A DNA stretch of 52,397 bases from an uncultured Coriobacteriaceae bacterium. Lineage in GTDB: Bacteria; Actinomycetota; Coriobacteriia; Coriobacteriales; CADBOM01. Shown here in pieces: positions 50,985 to 52,397 of the stretch (positions are counted from its first letter, which is position 1; each line of letters starts with the position of its first letter). The stretch is taken from NCBI GenBank assembly GCA_964428485.1, contig CAYRYP010000002.1:1831-54227 (forward strand), given 5' to 3'. A program made the translations under genes and the position numbers. The notes under the pieces are model-generated. The model did no database searches and was not told the origin of the DNA. It saw nothing but the letters and a program-made list of their open reading frames with translations.

Positions 50985-52211
50985 GTGAGTTCGTTGCTTT
51001 CAACCGATGAGCAGCTACGAATTATACAAAGCGGGGTTGCAGATATTGTTCCGCTAAAAACTCTGCGTGAAAAGCTCGACAAGAAGGTTCCCCTGCGCAT
51101 CAAGCTGGGGGTTGATCCAACGGCGCCCGACCTGCACATCGGACATGCGGTTCCGCTCCGTAAGATGCGTCAGTTCCAAGATCTAGGACACCAGGTTGTG
51201 CTCATCATTGGGGATGCTACAGCCTTGATCGGCGACCCTTCGGGCAGAAACAGCACTCGTCCTCCGCTTACGCAAGAAGAGATCCACGCCAACGCACAAA
51301 CTTATGTCGACCAGGCCTTCAAGATTCTCGACCCCGATAAAACTGAGCTACGCTGGAACTCCGAGTGGATTGGTGCGCTCGACCTCGCGGGTCTTCTCAA
51401 ACTTGCCAGCAACTTTACAGTTGCACGCATTCTCGAACGCGATGACTTCTCCAAACGCTATGCGGCCCAGCAGCCCATCTCGCTGCACGAGTTTCTCTAC
51501 CCGGTGATGCAGGCCTACGACTCAGTGATGATAGAGGCCGACCTCGAAATGGGCGGTAGCGACCAGCTCTTCAACCTGATGGCTGGCCGTGAGCTCATGG
51601 AGAAGATGGGGATGGAGCCGCAGGCCTGTCTGATGCTGCCTTTGCTCGAGGGCACCGACGGCGTCCAGAAGATGTCCAAGACCTACGGCAACTATATCGG
51701 GCTCACCGACGAGCCGGGTGATATGTTTGGCAAGGTCATGTCGATTCCCGATGAGCTGATGATCAAGTACTACAGGCTCGCCTCCACCTTCTCCGTCGAT
51801 CACATTGAAGAGGTCGAGCGAGGTCTTGCCGACGGGAGCCTCCACCCCAACAAGGCCAAGAGGGCACTAGCCGCCAATATCGTGGCTGCCTACCACGGAG
51901 ATGAGGCCGCGGTGGCCGCAGAAGAGGCCTTCGATAGGATCTTCAAGTCGCACGAGATGCCCGAGAACATCGAGGAGTTCGAGGTGGCGCTCGAGGTCAA
52001 CGACGAGGGTCTGGTCTACCTACCCCCGCTTATGGTCAAGGTTGGCCTGGTGCAGAGCGCGTCCGAGGGACGCAGGATGATCGACAGCGGCGGGGTCAGG
52101 ATCGACGGCGAGGCGCTCGGTGCCAAGACCTACAACGTTGAGCCGAACAGGGTGGCTGGAGCGGTCATTCAGGTGGGCAAGCGCAAGTATGCGAGGATCA
52201 GGGCGGTCTAG
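50985..52211 (+). CDS. tyrS: Tyrosine--tRNA ligase
   Basis: HIGH motif (PDLHIGHAV), KMSKT (KMSKTYGN), and a C-terminal S4-like domain (SEGRRMIDSGGVRIDGE). The GTG at 50985 or the TTG at 50994 follows GGAGGGAGGAG. Confidence 0.93.
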   Translation: MSSLLSTDEQLRIIQSGVADIVPLKTLREKLDKKVPLRIKLGVDPTAPDLHIGHAVPLRKMRQFQDLGHQVVLIIGDATALIGDPSGRNSTRPPLTQEEIHANAQTYVDQAFKILDPDKTELRWNSEWIGALDLAGLLKLASNFTVARILERDDFSKRYAAQQPISLHEFLYPVMQAYDSVMIEADLEMGGSDQLFNLMAGRELMEKMGMEPQACLMLPLLEGTDGVQKMSKTYGNYIGLTDEPGDMFGKVMSIPDELMIKYYRLASTFSVDHIEEVERGLADGSLHPNKAKRALAANIVAAYHGDEAAVAAEEAFDRIFKSHEMPENIEEFEVALEVNDEGLVYLPPLMVKVGLVQSASEGRRMIDSGGVRIDGEALGAKTYNVEPNRVAGAVIQVGKRKYARIRAV

Positions 52212-52286
52212 CGTTTGGACTCGCCAGCACTCGCACGCGCCGGCTGCTTTCAAGGCGACGCTCGCCGGATACCCGGGTGTTTTCCT

Positions 52287-52315
52287 TTGACGGGCCTAGA
52301 CGGCGCTGATACGAT
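52287..52315 (+). promoter_or_regulatory. Candidate promoter for rplU (TTGACG-N17-TACGAT with TGa extension)
   Basis: -35 TTGACG (52287-52292), a 17-nt spacer ending in TGa, and -10 TACGAT (52310-52315). It lies 41 nt upstream of the rplU ATG. Confidence 0.45.
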
Positions 52316-52355
52316 ATTCGACCGTGTCTAGTTAACAAATCGAGGGGTAACTACT

Positions 52356-52397
52356 ATGTATGCTGTGATTCGTACCGGCGGCAAGCAGTACAAGGTC
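52356..52397 (+). CDS. rplU: 50S ribosomal protein L21 (5' end only, truncated by the window)
   Basis: MYAVIRTGGKQYKV is the canonical L21 N-terminus. GAGGGG SD. Confidence 0.85.
   Translation, partial: MYAVIRTGGKQYKV

Overview
This is a GC-rich, densely coding 52.4 kb chromosomal segment. Third codon positions are mostly G/C, and almost every real gene carries long spurious antisense ORFs. I call 47 protein genes (two of them under 60 aa and absent from the ORF track: rpmF and a 2x[4Fe-4S] ferredoxin, and one partial gene, rplU, at the right edge) plus one tRNA-Arg(CCG). I found no rRNA, CRISPR array, transposase, integrase or phage genes.

Gene content and order suggest a high-GC Gram-positive anaerobe, possibly class Coriobacteriia. 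That assignment is inference only. The main blocks are:
- a six-function Ech-type (group 4) [NiFe] hydrogenase operon (1-5.5 kb)
- envelope and lipid genes: pgsA, a VanW/G5 protein and a D,D-carboxypeptidase
- a PaaK-like aryl-acetate-CoA ligase with its ACT partner
- the conserved uvrC / rpmF-plsX-acpP-rnc-smc-ftsY-ffh block
- a run of nucleic-acid hydrolases: DEDDh exonuclease, HIT, xseBA and rnd
- pta, and glf with a GT2 glycosyltransferase
- a complete elongasome operon (TPR protein, mreBCD, mrdA, rodA), followed by a DUF697-like gene, a TIGR03960-type radical SAM gene and its DUF2344 partner, then tyrS and the start of rplU

Most of the window is ordinary core genome. I see no clear-cut new multi-gene defence or mobile system. 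The four best candidates for undescribed biology are:
1. the translationally coupled DUF697-like / radical-SAM / DUF2344 module attached to the elongasome operon
2. a small compositionally atypical islet (31.3-32.9 kb) carrying a DUF559/Vsr-like nuclease-fold gene, with a phased operator-like repeat array upstream and a 15-bp inverted repeat pair downstream
3. a Fic-fold protein with a VbhA-like N-terminus and a degenerate active-site motif
4. an exonuclease with an unrecognisable N-terminal domain, sitting where rpsP is expected after ffh

All functional calls come from motif reading by eye. No database search was run.
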